From NCBI GenBank assembly GCA_003971905.1, contig RSEE01000008.1, positions 186,001 through 250,000 on the forward strand: a stretch of DNA of 64,000 bases. Reading direction: 5' to 3'. The translations under genes were made by a program, and so were the position numbers. Under the pieces are notes generated by a model. It had not been told where the DNA came from and did not search any database. It saw nothing but the letters and a program-made list of their open reading frames with translations. Source of the stretch: Moniliella sp. 'wahieum' (Eukaryota). Shown piece after piece: positions 24,866 through 37,500 of this stretch (its first letter is position 1; every line of letters starts with the position of its first letter).

Positions 24866-27800
24866 CGGTCGGTCAAGCAGTGCTTTCCTTCCATTCCCAC
24901 CCTCCCACTCGCGTTTCCCACCAGGTATCCTATCCTACTCTGGCCCCTCCTTCCCTCTGTTATCTTGGTTCATATCCCTTCGTTTGTATACTCGCAAACT
25001 GTTCTTTCTATTTTTTTTCAGTCTGCGATATCGATATCTACCCCCGCTTTTTGCCACTCTCTTGATACTATCCCTCTTCGCCTCTACCCCCGTTGCGCAT
25101 TTCCTCCTGGCCTCGTCTCGAGGTGCGGGCATTGAATTGGTCGTAGGAATGGGTGGTCCATCCTATTCTGTATCTGTACACTTTTGACAGCGTGTTTGTG
25201 TTTGGCCTAAGTACTAGGATATACAGTAAGTAGTAGTAGTCCTTTTTTTCTGGTCCCTCAACGTTCAACATGCTTAACACTGCATGCTCAACATCCTTAA
25301 ACCTTAGCCCATGAGGATGCTGCATGTTGACCCGCATGTGGTTTGGCCCGTACGTTTCGCCAATCCAGTCCCTCGATCGGTCCCTCCTCATGCCTGAGAC
25401 CTAATACAAGCTCCCCCCGATACCATGCGCGGAGCCCGAACGGGAAAGCTCGATTAACCACAAAGTTGAGGGGATACTTGACTTTGTTACCTTTTGGAGG
25501 AGCAGAGTCCACTCACAGTTGATCGAGCGTAGAGGCTCTACTGGCGGATCTGAACGGAGGTAGAGACGATTGAAGCGAGGCCTCGCAATTGGGGCGTCGG
25601 CTCGAGGCGTGGCGGCAAGGGTGCGCATGCCCCGAAACGAGATGAGGACTATAGTAGCGTGCCAGTGTAGACTCACAACTTGCACGATTGGCCGGACAGT
25701 TGACGCAAGGCAAGACTGAGTAGGACAGACGCTGTCGTACCGACCAGCTCGACTCTTATAGGGTCGCTGCGGGATCCGTACAGAAGAGACTGAAAGTTGG
25801 AGACCGACAAGGGATGCCTGGAGGAATGACGGAATTGGGCAAGACCAATTGGTGCCAGTCGCTGAAATAGGTGAAGGACTGCCTTGCAATATTCCGTCCT
25901 GAGTGGAGGGCGGGAATATTCTCTAACCTCTGTAGCTCCTGTGCAACGCACCGTCAACGTGTCAATTGCCTGCTCTCTGGTCTTCTACACGTTAGTAGGC
26001 AGGGATAATCGAGATAATCGAAGATCGACAATCGATAAGGGAACCTCTTTTGGTCCGCGCGTCCAGCTTCCAGCATCCATCCCTTGTACTTGCGTCGCGC
26101 CTTGGGCGTTTACTAGTTTTACTACTTGTACACACGCCCCGACGGTCGATCTTCAAGCTTCAAGCTTCAAGCTTCATCGATCACCGGCATAACGGTGCAG
26201 AAATGCGCGAACGCAGGGTAGCTGAGGTGGTCCCTGACCACCTGATCGGCCGGCTGACTGGGGCCAGAAGGGGTCACTAGGTCACTAGGGTCGCTGTATT
26301 CTGGGTCACTGTGGGTCAGCGCTCAGCCTGAGCGCTCACCCGACCAAGCGGGTCAAGCAGGTCAGAAAAAGGGTCAGATTTCAGATCGATCAGATCGATG
26401 GTCACGGGTCAGGGCGTTGGCGCACGCCAGCAGACGCAAGGCAGACCCACTGGCCGACCTGGATAGCCTGGCGGTTGTGTTCGGATTTGATATTGCGTGC
26501 GGGTGTTGCATGTAGCAGGCAAGGTGTAAGAAGCAACGCTAGGAGCTAGTAGCTAGTAGCTAGTAGCTAGCAAGTAGCAAGTAGCAACTAGCAACTAGCA
26601 ACAGGGGTGTAACAGAGTGTAAAATGAAGACAGGTCAAATAGTAAGTACCCCACAAGTGCAGATCCCTCCAACGCAGGCATAGTTCCCATGTGACATGGC
26701 AGATGGACATGGGAACAGTGAATGTGATACGCCACGTCACGCATGCGGCTGGCTGTTCTTGGGCCAGACCTTGCACGCGCGCTAAGCGCACAACCGCCAG
26801 CGATCTTGAATCTGGCGCGAGTAGTGCGGATGCGCTCAGGGCGCTGCTGCGGGGATGCGCGCATGGGAGCGGCGGTGGCAACGGGAGGGGCAGTGGGGCC
26901 AGCACCAAGTGCCCAGCGCTGCTGTCAAGCCTACCGCTAACCCCCATCAAGCGCAGCGCTGGCCTGACTAGTGAGATCACTCGATCTAGGGACTAGGGAC
27001 TAGTGACTGTCACCGTCACCGCGTCACCTGCCACCGTCACCCGCACCGTCGTCCGCGTCAGTCTCCTGTCGCAAGCCTGTCGCAAGCCTGTCGCAAGTCC
27101 CGCCCCCACCGCAGCCGGCCAGAACCAACGGCAGGACACGCCTGCAAGCCACCCACGCGCCCAATGCACCCGGCGCACGATGTGCATCATAAGTACCAAC
27201 CCCTGCTCAAGCCAACTGGTCCTGTCCTCCCTATCCTCATTAATTCCTCATTCGTCCTCGAAACTGATCTCAGTCCTGACTAGTGACTAGTGACTCTCCT
27301 CCCTCCCCCCTGCGACCGGCAGCAGAGTTGAGAACGCACAGTTTGGCCCAGAACACACAGCGTTTGACTACCAGTGGACCTTGTGGGCCTTTGTCGTTCA
27401 ACACGTTCAACGTTCAACTGAACGTTGAGCGCGTTGAGCGGCTGAGGCTTCAGGCTCATCAGCGCTCGGCGCAGAACAACGGTGAATGTACTGAACGTAG
27501 ACGTGTTAGGCCTTAGGCCCTGCGGGCGTGAGGCGTGAGGCGTGAGGCCCCGAGGCAGGATCACCGGTCAGTGCCAGGGTGCACGCCCAGCAGCCGGTCC
27601 GCAATGCGACACACCGATCGCATCCAAGCGCTTGCGCCTGGGGCCTGGGGAAGCACATAGTGATCAGACATCCTCTGTAGTCACACCTCGATCATTGCAC
27701 CCTAATCGCAAGATCTCTTGTTGACTTCTTCCCACCACCTCTTTTGTGCGTTCTCGCTTGAGGCACACGGCTTCTGCAGCTTCTTCTGCCCCTGCTCCTG

Positions 27801-28341
27801 CCGCCCTTTTTGCCCGGATCCCACCTCATCCGCTTGGCCCACCCAAGAGGAAGAGAAAGGGCCAAGCAGCTGCATCATCAACATCATCCATCACCGTTCA
27901 TCTCCCGCTGCGTCTTCTCTCGCCAGACGGTCACTAGCACTAGTCACTTGACGAGTCACTAGTTCACTCGCCATCCTCTCATTAACATTTCCCCTCCACT
28001 CTCCCCGCACTACATCTGCTTTCCCCTTGTCCCCGCTGCTGCGCCACACGCGGGTTGAACGTGTGGCTGGCCCTCGACGCGCGCATCTCCGCTTCTCTCC
28101 CGTTGTTGCCAACCAAGCCCCCTCCCTTGTCAACCACCGGAACACACATTTGGCACTTGATTCCCGCGGGTCTGCGTGTCACTCGTCACTAGTCACTAGT
28201 CACTCAAGCCCAACCATCCTTCTCGCTTCCTGACTGCTGCGACGACGGGCTTCTGTCTTCTTCCTGCTTTGCTCTCTTCGATATCCCTATCCCGTCCACT
28301 TACTCTTAATGTTGACGTCCGCGAGCACCACAGTCGACGAG

Positions 28342-31300
28342 ATGCGCCATCTGGGCTCCGCCCATGGCGCCATACGCGCCCAGCGCGGCGTCACTCTAAT
28401 GCCTACCCCCACTCCTACCTCTCCCAAGGACGTCACGCCCAATCCCGCGGTTGCATCGTACGCTTCTATTGTCCATGCACCTGGTACATCGGAGCGCAGA
28501 GCCACTCTTCAGCCTCTTGCCTCCTCCACCGCCCCAAGGCCTATGGAAGACACCACATCTCCAACCCATGCCGAAGAAAAGCCCCCACCGTCGCAATCCA
28601 CTCCCCCCCCCAGTCGCGGGCCAAGACGTCAACCCGACGCCCGTATGTGCAGTTTGGTTCTTATATTCTCCTCCATACCCTCGGCGAGGGCCAATTTGGC
28701 AAGGTCAAGCTTGGTCTCCGTATTCCGCATGGCGATGAGGTGGCCATCAAACTCATTCGTCGCACAGATTCGGCCAATGAGACGAAATGGACCCGGGTGG
28801 CCAAGGAGACGGAGCTGCTCAAGAAACTCCAACATCCCAACATTGTCGGGCTGTTTGAGGTGATCCAAAGTGAACGGTACATTGGCGTCGTGTTGGAATA
28901 TGCTTCGGGGGGCGAACTGTTTGATTACATTCTGTCCCAACGCTATCTACGTGAAAAGGAAGCCCGTCGGATCTTTGCCCAGCTCGTGTCGGCAGTGTGG
29001 TACATGCATACAAAGGGCGTAGTCCACCGTGACCTCAAACTTGAGAATGTGCTTCTCGACAGGCACCGCAACATTCTCGTCACCGACTTTGGCTTTGCCG
29101 GGTTGCTTGAAAAGGGCACCTTGATGGCTACCTCTTGTGGCTCGCCTTGCTATGCCGCGCCGGAGCTGGTCATCCAGGATGAGCCATACAATGCTCCCCT
29201 GGTGGATGTATGGTCTTGCGGCGTGATCTTGTATGTATCTTATCTTCTTCTGTTTCGACGGGCTCAATCTGACCTGACTCGCTTCTTTTTTTCCCCTATA
29301 GATATGCGATGCTTTCGGGATACTTGCCATTTGACGACGACATTTCCAATCCCGACAGCGCTAACATCCACCAACTGTACAAGTACATTCTACGCACTCC
29401 TCTCTCTTTCCCTGATCATGTGACAGCAGAACCACGTGGCCTCCTGCTCGCTATGCTAACTCCGGATCCGACCAAGCGAGCGACGATGAGCCAGATTATG
29501 AGCCATTCGTGGTTGCACTCGTACGCTGACTTGTTCAGGTTCACCGTCGCCGAGCTCGAACAAGCAGCGCTGGCCCAACAAGTTCGCCGCCAAACTACCT
29601 CCCGTGCGCAGGGTGCTAATGCTACAGGGTCGCTTTCGTCGGCCATCGCAGCCAAGGAGATCCACTCGCACACTAACGCTTTACCACTGCGATCGCCAAG
29701 TCTCGCGAACGCCGTTCCGTCCTCAGGGACAACTGGTGAGGTGGCTTCCTTACCTTCAGTGCAGGTGGATGCAGCAACGCAAGGCGAAGCTGGGCCCGGA
29801 TCTCAGAGTCTGCCCCTGGTGCCTCATTTGGAAGTGAATAAAGAAGTGCCGCTGAGCCCTCCACCTATGCCTGGCACTCCTACCTCGCCCTCGGCTACTC
29901 CTGCGGTGGGAGGGAAGAGCTCGCCTAGGGGACCTGGGATTGCACGCGTGGCTTCACCCCGAGCTGTGTCGCTGCAGTCTTCCCCGCATTTGATACCCCC
30001 TCAACCAGGTCCACCACCGCTCTTCCCGCCACCGCAACAGCCTACTCAACCCACACTGTCCAACCTGTCCACTCAGTCCTCTCGTCCCATTCATCCTTCA
30101 ACGACTGCCGAGGTCCTCCGATCGAGTCATGGAGGGGACAAGACACCGTCTCCATCCCCTACCCAAGCTCCACAGGCACAGGTAGCCGAAGGCCAATACT
30201 CTCGTCACCCGCCTCGATCCAATTCGGTCGACAGAGTCAGTTCACCTCGTCGACGCATTGTTCCCATTCCGACGGTGGGGGACGCGCTGGAAAGCAATTC
30301 GGACCCGATCGTTCCGTCGCAGCGCTGGCGTCGGCATACTGTTGGCCCATCCAATCGCTGGTCCTTGCCCGTCTTGAACGAGGCTACCACCTCTCCCAGT
30401 GGTGGGAGTAAGCCCCCCCCTTCCTCTCGTAATCACGACTGGAATTCGTTTGGATATCCACCTTCTACTGCCCATTCTGTTGGGGGGACTGCGCTGCCGA
30501 CCCCCAGCTCGGCTCCTTCCCGATCAGGATCATGGAGTCCACGAGGAACAAGGACGAGGAGTGGAGCAATGACGAACCATGCGCATGCCTCCCCGCGTGT
30601 GTCGCCCGTACTGGAGGCTTCTCCTCCTTCTACCGTCAGCCATTCGCTTCATCACCGCGAGGAGAGTCACAACCACATTCTTGTTTCGCTTCCTGCGGGG
30701 ACCGAGGGGGCTGGGACCCGGAAAAAGTTCACTTTGATACTCTGGACGTGAACCGGCCGGCTAAGGGGCAATCCGTTACCCTTGGGTCTTCCTCTGAGAA
30801 CCCTTGGGCCGATTCCAGCGCTGATCGTCGGCGCGTCACGGTTCAGCCGACCGTTCATCCATCCGTTAGTATCGAGCATGAATGGAATGCGCGCGATCAA
30901 GCCTCGGGCCATGCGTCGAATCCCGTGCCCCCACCCACGCGCGGCCGTCCTCGAAGCAAGTCAAATCTGGATCGGTTCAAGGCCCTCTTTTCGCCGCTCT
31001 TGCATCACGACCACCATCATTCGTCCAAATCAGCCGGTTTGGGCGCCAGCTCCTCCCCGTCTCCTCTTATCAGCTCAGGCTCTGATTTTCTCCACCCCCC
31101 CGGCTCGAGTCCAGTGTCCGCAACGCATGCCATGCCCTCTCCCGACCCCAAGGCGCGCACCTGGACTTCCTTGGTGAAGGAGAAAGTGGCAGGGACCAAG
31201 AACAGTCCTCAGAGCAGTCCTGTGGCCCCAACTGCCCCCCTTTCCTCCAGGGCCGAATTCCGTCCCAATAACCTCCCAGCTAGCCAGTCCAAGTCGGCCA

Positions 31301-31945
31301 GAACTTCTACCCGCGGCTGGCTCAAACATCTTGTCCATTCCCGTCATGAGGACGACGGCCCATCGCGACTCGATAGGGCCCCATCGTCCCTCGGTTCTAA
31401 CCCGTCCTCGCGCCAGTACCGTGGCGGCAACTGCCTCTCTAAGTAAAGGCGCAAGTACGAGTGCGTTTGCGCCTGGCACGTTCCTCCCCTCGCCAGATGC
31501 TCCCTCGCACGGTTGTCTCCTACCGCTGCAAGCGCGAATGCAATGCGCAGCCCAGATGCGTCTGCTCCGGAAACGCCAGCCGTGCCGGAAGAGAGCAAAT
31601 TGCGTGCCCACGAAGGACAGTTGAAGGAAGAGGCGTTATGTTCGCTGCCACTGTCGACGTTGGTGGAGCGTGTGGCGCGTGCGCTGGCCGAAATGGAAGC
31701 TGAAGTTCACTGTCCTGAACCGTACGTGTGGGCCGTCGGTGGCGCGACCCGTACGATGCACCGGCGGCACCGGCGATGGTCGTGTTTGCGTTGGAGGTGT
31801 TCCGCGTAGCGAGGATTCCCGGTTGTTGAGCGTGGATATGCAGCACTGGCTGGTGACAAGGACGCCTTTGCTTCGGCCCAACAAATTTCTACGTTCGCTG
31901 CGACTTGGCTTCGCCGCCCTAATAACCTGGTTTCGATTTAACTGA
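28342..31945 (+). CDS. KIN4: Kin4-like Ser/Thr protein kinase with long low-complexity tail and probable C-terminal fungal KA1 domain
   Basis: FGSYILLHTLGEGQFGKVKLG...IGVVLEYASGGELFDYIL...HRDLKLENVLLD...TSCGSPCYAAPELV...GYLPFDDD..NPDSANIHQLYKYI. The GYLPFDDD..NP...NI..LYKYI insert is typical of the Kin4 family. Intron about 29234-29301. Confidence 0.85.
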
Positions 31946-32470
31946 ATTGCTTTACTTGACTCGTAGCTTCCCTTGCCCTTTGTGTCATTGGATTCCCCTT
32001 GGCCGGTTGCCCTTCCTCTTGTCTGCCTCAACGTTCGTTCCGATCTTTTCTGACGTGTACCATCCTCCTCCTGTGCCTATACATGGCTTCAGGCGTGCCG
32101 ATCCGTGTCCCATCGAAACATGTCCCACGGCGCTCTGGTACAGCCTTGACTACTATCCGCAAATGCCCACCCTCGTTACTCCCTCTCTCCCTACCACCAA
32201 CTCACTTATCAGTGACTCCCTTCCTCATCTTTCATTCCCCTGCACAGATTCGCTGTTGAACTTGCTTTCTCTACCCACGCTTAGTACCCCCCCCCCCCCC
32301 CCTGCCCTCCTACCGGGTTTGCTGTCTCGCGTTTGCTTTGCCAATTCAAGCATACGCAGTGTATGACACTTTGATTCCCCCATTGTTGGACGAATGTAGA
32401 ACCGTAATACCGTAATGCCGTCGTGCCATCGTGCACCTTGTAGCGTTCCACCTCGTCGCGGTGCACTCCC

Positions 32471-34290
32471 TCAGGTTTCCAACGGCTTTCCAGCCGCTTG
32501 CCAAGCATCCTCAATCGCAAGCTTGAGCACGTCAGTCCCTTGCGCATATCCGACTCGCTCGCTTGTCCATACGCTACACGCAGGTAGGCGAGACGCGTTG
32601 GTCGGGGTAAAAGAGGAAGCCTGGTACAGCTACCACACCTCGCTTCAATGCATACTGCACCAACGCATTCGCGTCGCCCTCGGCATTGTCGCGGCTGGGG
32701 GGCAAGCGGAGCTTGAGCCAAAGAACATGCCTGCCGCGGGAGAGACCCAGGTGGCCAAAGGGGAAGCAGGAGCAGAAGCAGAAGCAGTGGGGGCATTGGC
32801 ATGAGCAAACACACTTTTTGCCACTGCCTCCATTTGGTCGCGCTTGGTACGTAAAAGTGCGGCGCGATCACACGAGCGCAAAAAGCCTTCCTCGCCCCAA
32901 TATTGGAGGAGCGTAGCTGTTAGCAGCGGCCGGTCCGCTGGCCTGCATACTGGATGCCGTGCCTACCGTATCAATTGCCTGTAGATGGGCACGGCAGCCG
33001 TCACGTACCCGATCCGCATTCCGGCCGAGATGACCTTACTAAACGATCCAGGCGGACCACGCGGCCATCGCCCCAGGTGGCGACGTGTTCCTGTTCGAGA
33101 GCGAGGTACGAAGGGGTGCGGGAGGTCGACGGACCTCTCCACCCCATCCCTCGTCAAAGGCAGGTAGTAGTACGGATCGTCTTCGATGATCACAGGCCGT
33201 ATTGACGGCCAAAGCGAGCACCTGACGCTTCCGCTCGGCCGTGGCAGATGTACCGGACGGGTTCCGCCCACAGGCACGGTATAGAGAGCTTTGGAAACGA
33301 TTTGTGTTTCGTTTCAGGATGGGTAGTCCGTTGGCAAGGATGGCGGCGAGGGCGGTACTGCTTAGGCCGCCGGCGTCGGTTGGGACCGGGTGGGGGTGGG
33401 CATTAAGGATGCGGATGCAGGGCAAGACGCCGCTGCAAAGGATGGGAGGGTTAGCACGGTAGAAGCGTTGGGGAAACGCACACACGATCAGAAGGGAATG
33501 AATGCATACGGGTACGCTGGCGCCTCGACTAGGATCGTCGCCCGAGCTGAGCAAGGATTTGAATACCTTGTCAATCACATCTTGCACCCCAGCGCAAAGG
33601 CGATGCCCCATGGAGTATGGAAGGTGGGCGTTTGGCCGTCGCGGCCGGCACATAGAGGGGACGTTGTGGCGAGGGTGGTATGATTGACAACCCAGTCGTA
33701 CAGAAGCGTGAGGCCGTGGCATGCCATACTGCAACGCCTCGTTGAGCCATGGGCATCCACCGTCAATTCTTGGAGCGTCGTTTCGTCATCACCCGGTCAG
33801 GCACAGTGACCTTGAGTTCTTGAAGCTGAACGCTCGGCAGCTGGCAGGCCGCCTCCCAGGGAGACTTTGCCCCGCACCTGGTCGGGAGTAAAGAGACCGC
33901 GGATTGCGCCTTGGGGCCAGTTCTGGGCCAGGTGGGAGAGGTAGTGGGTGTAGTCGAGGTGGGGCGTGGGGCGGTGCGCTGGGCCTGGGCCCGACGGGGG
34001 GAGGGCAGGGGGGGTGGGGTGGGTCATTGGCAGTGTGGGGAGAGTGTCGACGGGGGAGACCAAATGGGGGAGGGCCAAGGTAGACAGCCGCGTGCCAGGG
34101 CCGATATACATGAACATGACGCCGACGGAGGCCACGGCCAAGGCGATGATGGTGTCTGTCGTGATCGCTGCCTGTGGGCGTGAGGGGTGAGGTTAGATGA
34201 GGCCGTCCCAATCGACAGTCGCACGTGGGCGCGCCCTATGGGAGAGCACGAGCGAGTGTGTCTGAGGATGGGCAGCGCATCCCATATGCC
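32471..34290 (-). CDS. PLP-dependent class I/II aminotransferase (aromatic/aminoadipate, Aro8-like)
   Basis: YLSHLA...AIRGLF, SL.GGLP, NEALQYG, NPSGTSATAERKRQVL, IIEDDPYYYL, PLP-lysine motif SFSKVISAGMRIGY, ATWVSPAAGMFF, LVPG and YLRVAY. The 5' exon is uncertain. Confidence 0.88.
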
Positions 34291-34568
34291 CGCTCAAGCC
34301 CCTTATGTCCGAGGAAGCGGCGTGGCCGGTGGGGTCGGGGCCAGCGCAGTGGGACAAACGTCAATAGTTCACTTGGGCACACTCAGCTTCCAGCACACTG
34401 CAACTTTCAACATCTGCTCTTGCAATTTCAACTCTGCCGCCCGCCTGACCGGAGGATGCGGCGACGGACCAGGCAGCAGGAGCGAGGGCCATTCGCCCAG
34501 CGTCCGATTTCCTTCGCTACGCCGCTGCTCGATCAAAGGGCGCCCGCCATCGCCACCCACCATCGCCC

Positions 34569-37500
34569 ATGTCGTTGAAAGCACAGCTCAAGGCCGAGCG
34601 CGCAGCGCCTTAGCAGCCCGTGACTACGGGCTGGCGCTGACCAGTGCCGAGCGCGTGCTTGCATTCGAGTCCGACAACTACTTTGCCCTCGTCTTCCGCG
34701 CTGCCGCCCTCGCTGGTCTCGATCGTCTTCCCGACGCCACCCAAGCGTTCGATCGCGCCATTGCCGCCAAACCCACTGACTCCCTTGCCTGGGACGGTAA
34801 AATCAAGATGTACATCAATGCTGGAAGCTGGAATGAGGCCAGGAACACGCTCCATGCATATGCCGATCAACTCTTGGCCCAAGGCGAGGCGACGCCCTTG
34901 GCCACGAGCCTCGAATTGCTCCTCAAGCTGACCCAAGGACATGCCGGAAAGGCCGAGGTATGTCGTATTGTTTGCTTGGATGGAATCAGACCCGAGCTGA
35001 CTGATTGTGGGGGCTGTGCAGCTGGCCCAAGTGTTGCTCCTCTTCCTCCCGGGGTCGCGCTACTATCCGCTCTTGTCGACCTTGCCGCCTCCGGACCAGA
35101 GCCGGCCCAAAGCAACAACCACGTTTCAGACGCAGATGTACGTGCACGATGCCCATAGCACTCTGAGCCTGTACCAAGAGGTGCTTCAATACTTCTTCGA
35201 TATCGAGGAGGAAACAATCAACAAGGACGTGCAGGCACGGCGGATGCGGTTGCCTTCGACTGCGACCAGCCGCGGTCTGGCCCAGAACAACCGCGATGCG
35301 CTGACCAATGCGGCCGGGGTCGACATTTGGGCCCACTCCCGCATCCCGTCCTTGCTCCAGGGCGTGCTCGACCACCCCGGCACGACTGACCAAGGACGCC
35401 GCTGGGCTGAGGCAGAGCTGCTGCGATACCAGTATCGGCTGTTGCTCGCTCTTCCCCCCAAGCAGGAGGGTGATAAGGCAAAGGGCCAGGGCAAGCGCCC
35501 CAAGGGCCCGGACAAATCGGCGCTAAGGAGCCAGGTGCAAGAAATGGCGCGCGGGATGGTCATTCTAGGTTTGCCGGATGCGTTGGCATGGAAGATCCAC
35601 TTGGACTGGCAAGACGCCACCTTGATCCAGTGGTCGGATCAGTTGAGTCGGCGTCGTACCGAGTTGCGCGAATGCGTCCAAGTCTTTGCCGCCGCTGGAG
35701 CTGAAGCAGCCGAGGCGATCCAGCTGATTACGACCAAGTCCCGAAAGGCCAAGGCATTGACACAAGACCAAGTGGCGCACCGGGAACGTGTGGCGATCGC
35801 CGCATCAGCCAAGGCACTCCTGATCAAGCTGCGCGACCCTGGGCTAGCACAATACGAAGAGGCCAAGCGGGCTCAAGAGCTTGCAGCCGCTGGAACGGCC
35901 TCTGTGGATCAGGATGACATTGATTTGGACCTGGCCCAAGCGGCCGCGGAGCGTGCCGAGTTGGACCCCTTGTCCTTGGCCATGGCCGCGTCCGAATTGG
36001 ATGAGACGCTTCTACTTCCTCGGCGCTTGAGCGCGCTCTTCTCGCTCTTGGATACCGACTGGAAGGCCAGTGAGGACAATGCCTTGTCTGCTCTGCAATT
36101 TGTTCGCACGCTGGAAACTGCTACGGGCCTGTCTCTGGCCGAGGTCAAGACGTCCTTGAATGCCACTGTCGCTTCAGCGTTGGTGCGCAGGGCGATCGCC
36201 CAAGGTGCATTGGCCGCCAGCGCACCCGCTCCCACCACGGTTCAGAGCCGGAACGAACAGAACCCCCTCTTGGTGCGCGCCCACAAGTACATTGATGGTG
36301 TGCTCCGTCACCAGCCCGATCGCATCGATACGCTGTTCGAGCTTGGCTTGGCGCTTGAATGCGAGGGCGAATGGTCTTCATCTGCCGAGACGTTTACCCG
36401 GGTAGAAGAGATCAGCGCAGCAGCAACAGAAACGGAGGCGGAGATGGAGACGGAGACGCGGGCCCTGAGTCTACTTCAGCGGCCGCAGGTGGAGGCGGAG
36501 GCAGAGTTGGGTTGGTGCTCGGCCCAACTTGGCGAATACGAGCTGGCCGCAGCCCAGCTGGAAATGTGCTCCACCAGATTGATTCGGCGGAGAGCAATGG
36601 GAACACATTGACGGGTCTGAAACCTACCGGGCCCGCATCTGGTGGCGAGCGGGCGAATGCGCGTGGCGTTGGATGCGGCAACTGATGGAGCAAGACGATG
36701 TGGTGGTGGAAGAGGTGTCGGCACATAAACACAAGGCATTCACATCGTTCATCACCTCGCTCAAACGCTCGCCCTCGTTTGCACCAAGCTTTACCTCGCT
36801 CGGATTCTACTACCAAGAGGAAGCTCGTTTGGTTGCGGCCTCCAATGCCCAGCAAGCGGCTGCCTACACCGAACGAAGCGTCAAATGCTTCCAAAAGGCA
36901 TTTGAGCTTGATGCTCGCGAAGCCGCGGCAGGCTACGAGTTGGCTCGTGAGTTTTCCCAAGAGCGTGAATGGGAACTGGTGGAAGTCATTGCTCGTCGAG
37001 TGATTCAAGGTGAGGGCGGGGAGAGCAGTACTCGCGGCAAAAACAAGGCTCCTGCCGCTTCGGCGACCCGCAACCCTTGGGCCTGGAGAGCCATTGGCAC
37101 GGTAGAGCTACAGGCGAACCATGCCGAGGAGGCCATTGCGGCGTTCCAAGTGGCTCTACGTACGGAAGAGAACTCCTCCTCGTTGTGGCACTTACTTGGC
37201 GATGCCTATGCTCGCGGTGGGAGGTTCACCGCTTCCCTTAAGGCCTTAGAGCGAGCCTGGGAGCTTGCCTCGCACGGTCGCGTGCAGCAGGAAGCGATCG
37301 AGGCCGACTGGCCCTTGCTGTACACGATCGGAGGTGTACAACTGCATGGGTCAGTATGAGCCTTCGCTCGCCTTGCTCCGTTCCATTCTTGATGCTCTTC
37401 CCTCTACCAAGCCTGAGAGGGGTGTGGTGCAAGTGGCGTATGCCGAGACCCATTTGCTCGCCGCACGCCATGCTGAGGCTCATGGCTATCCGGGGCGTAG

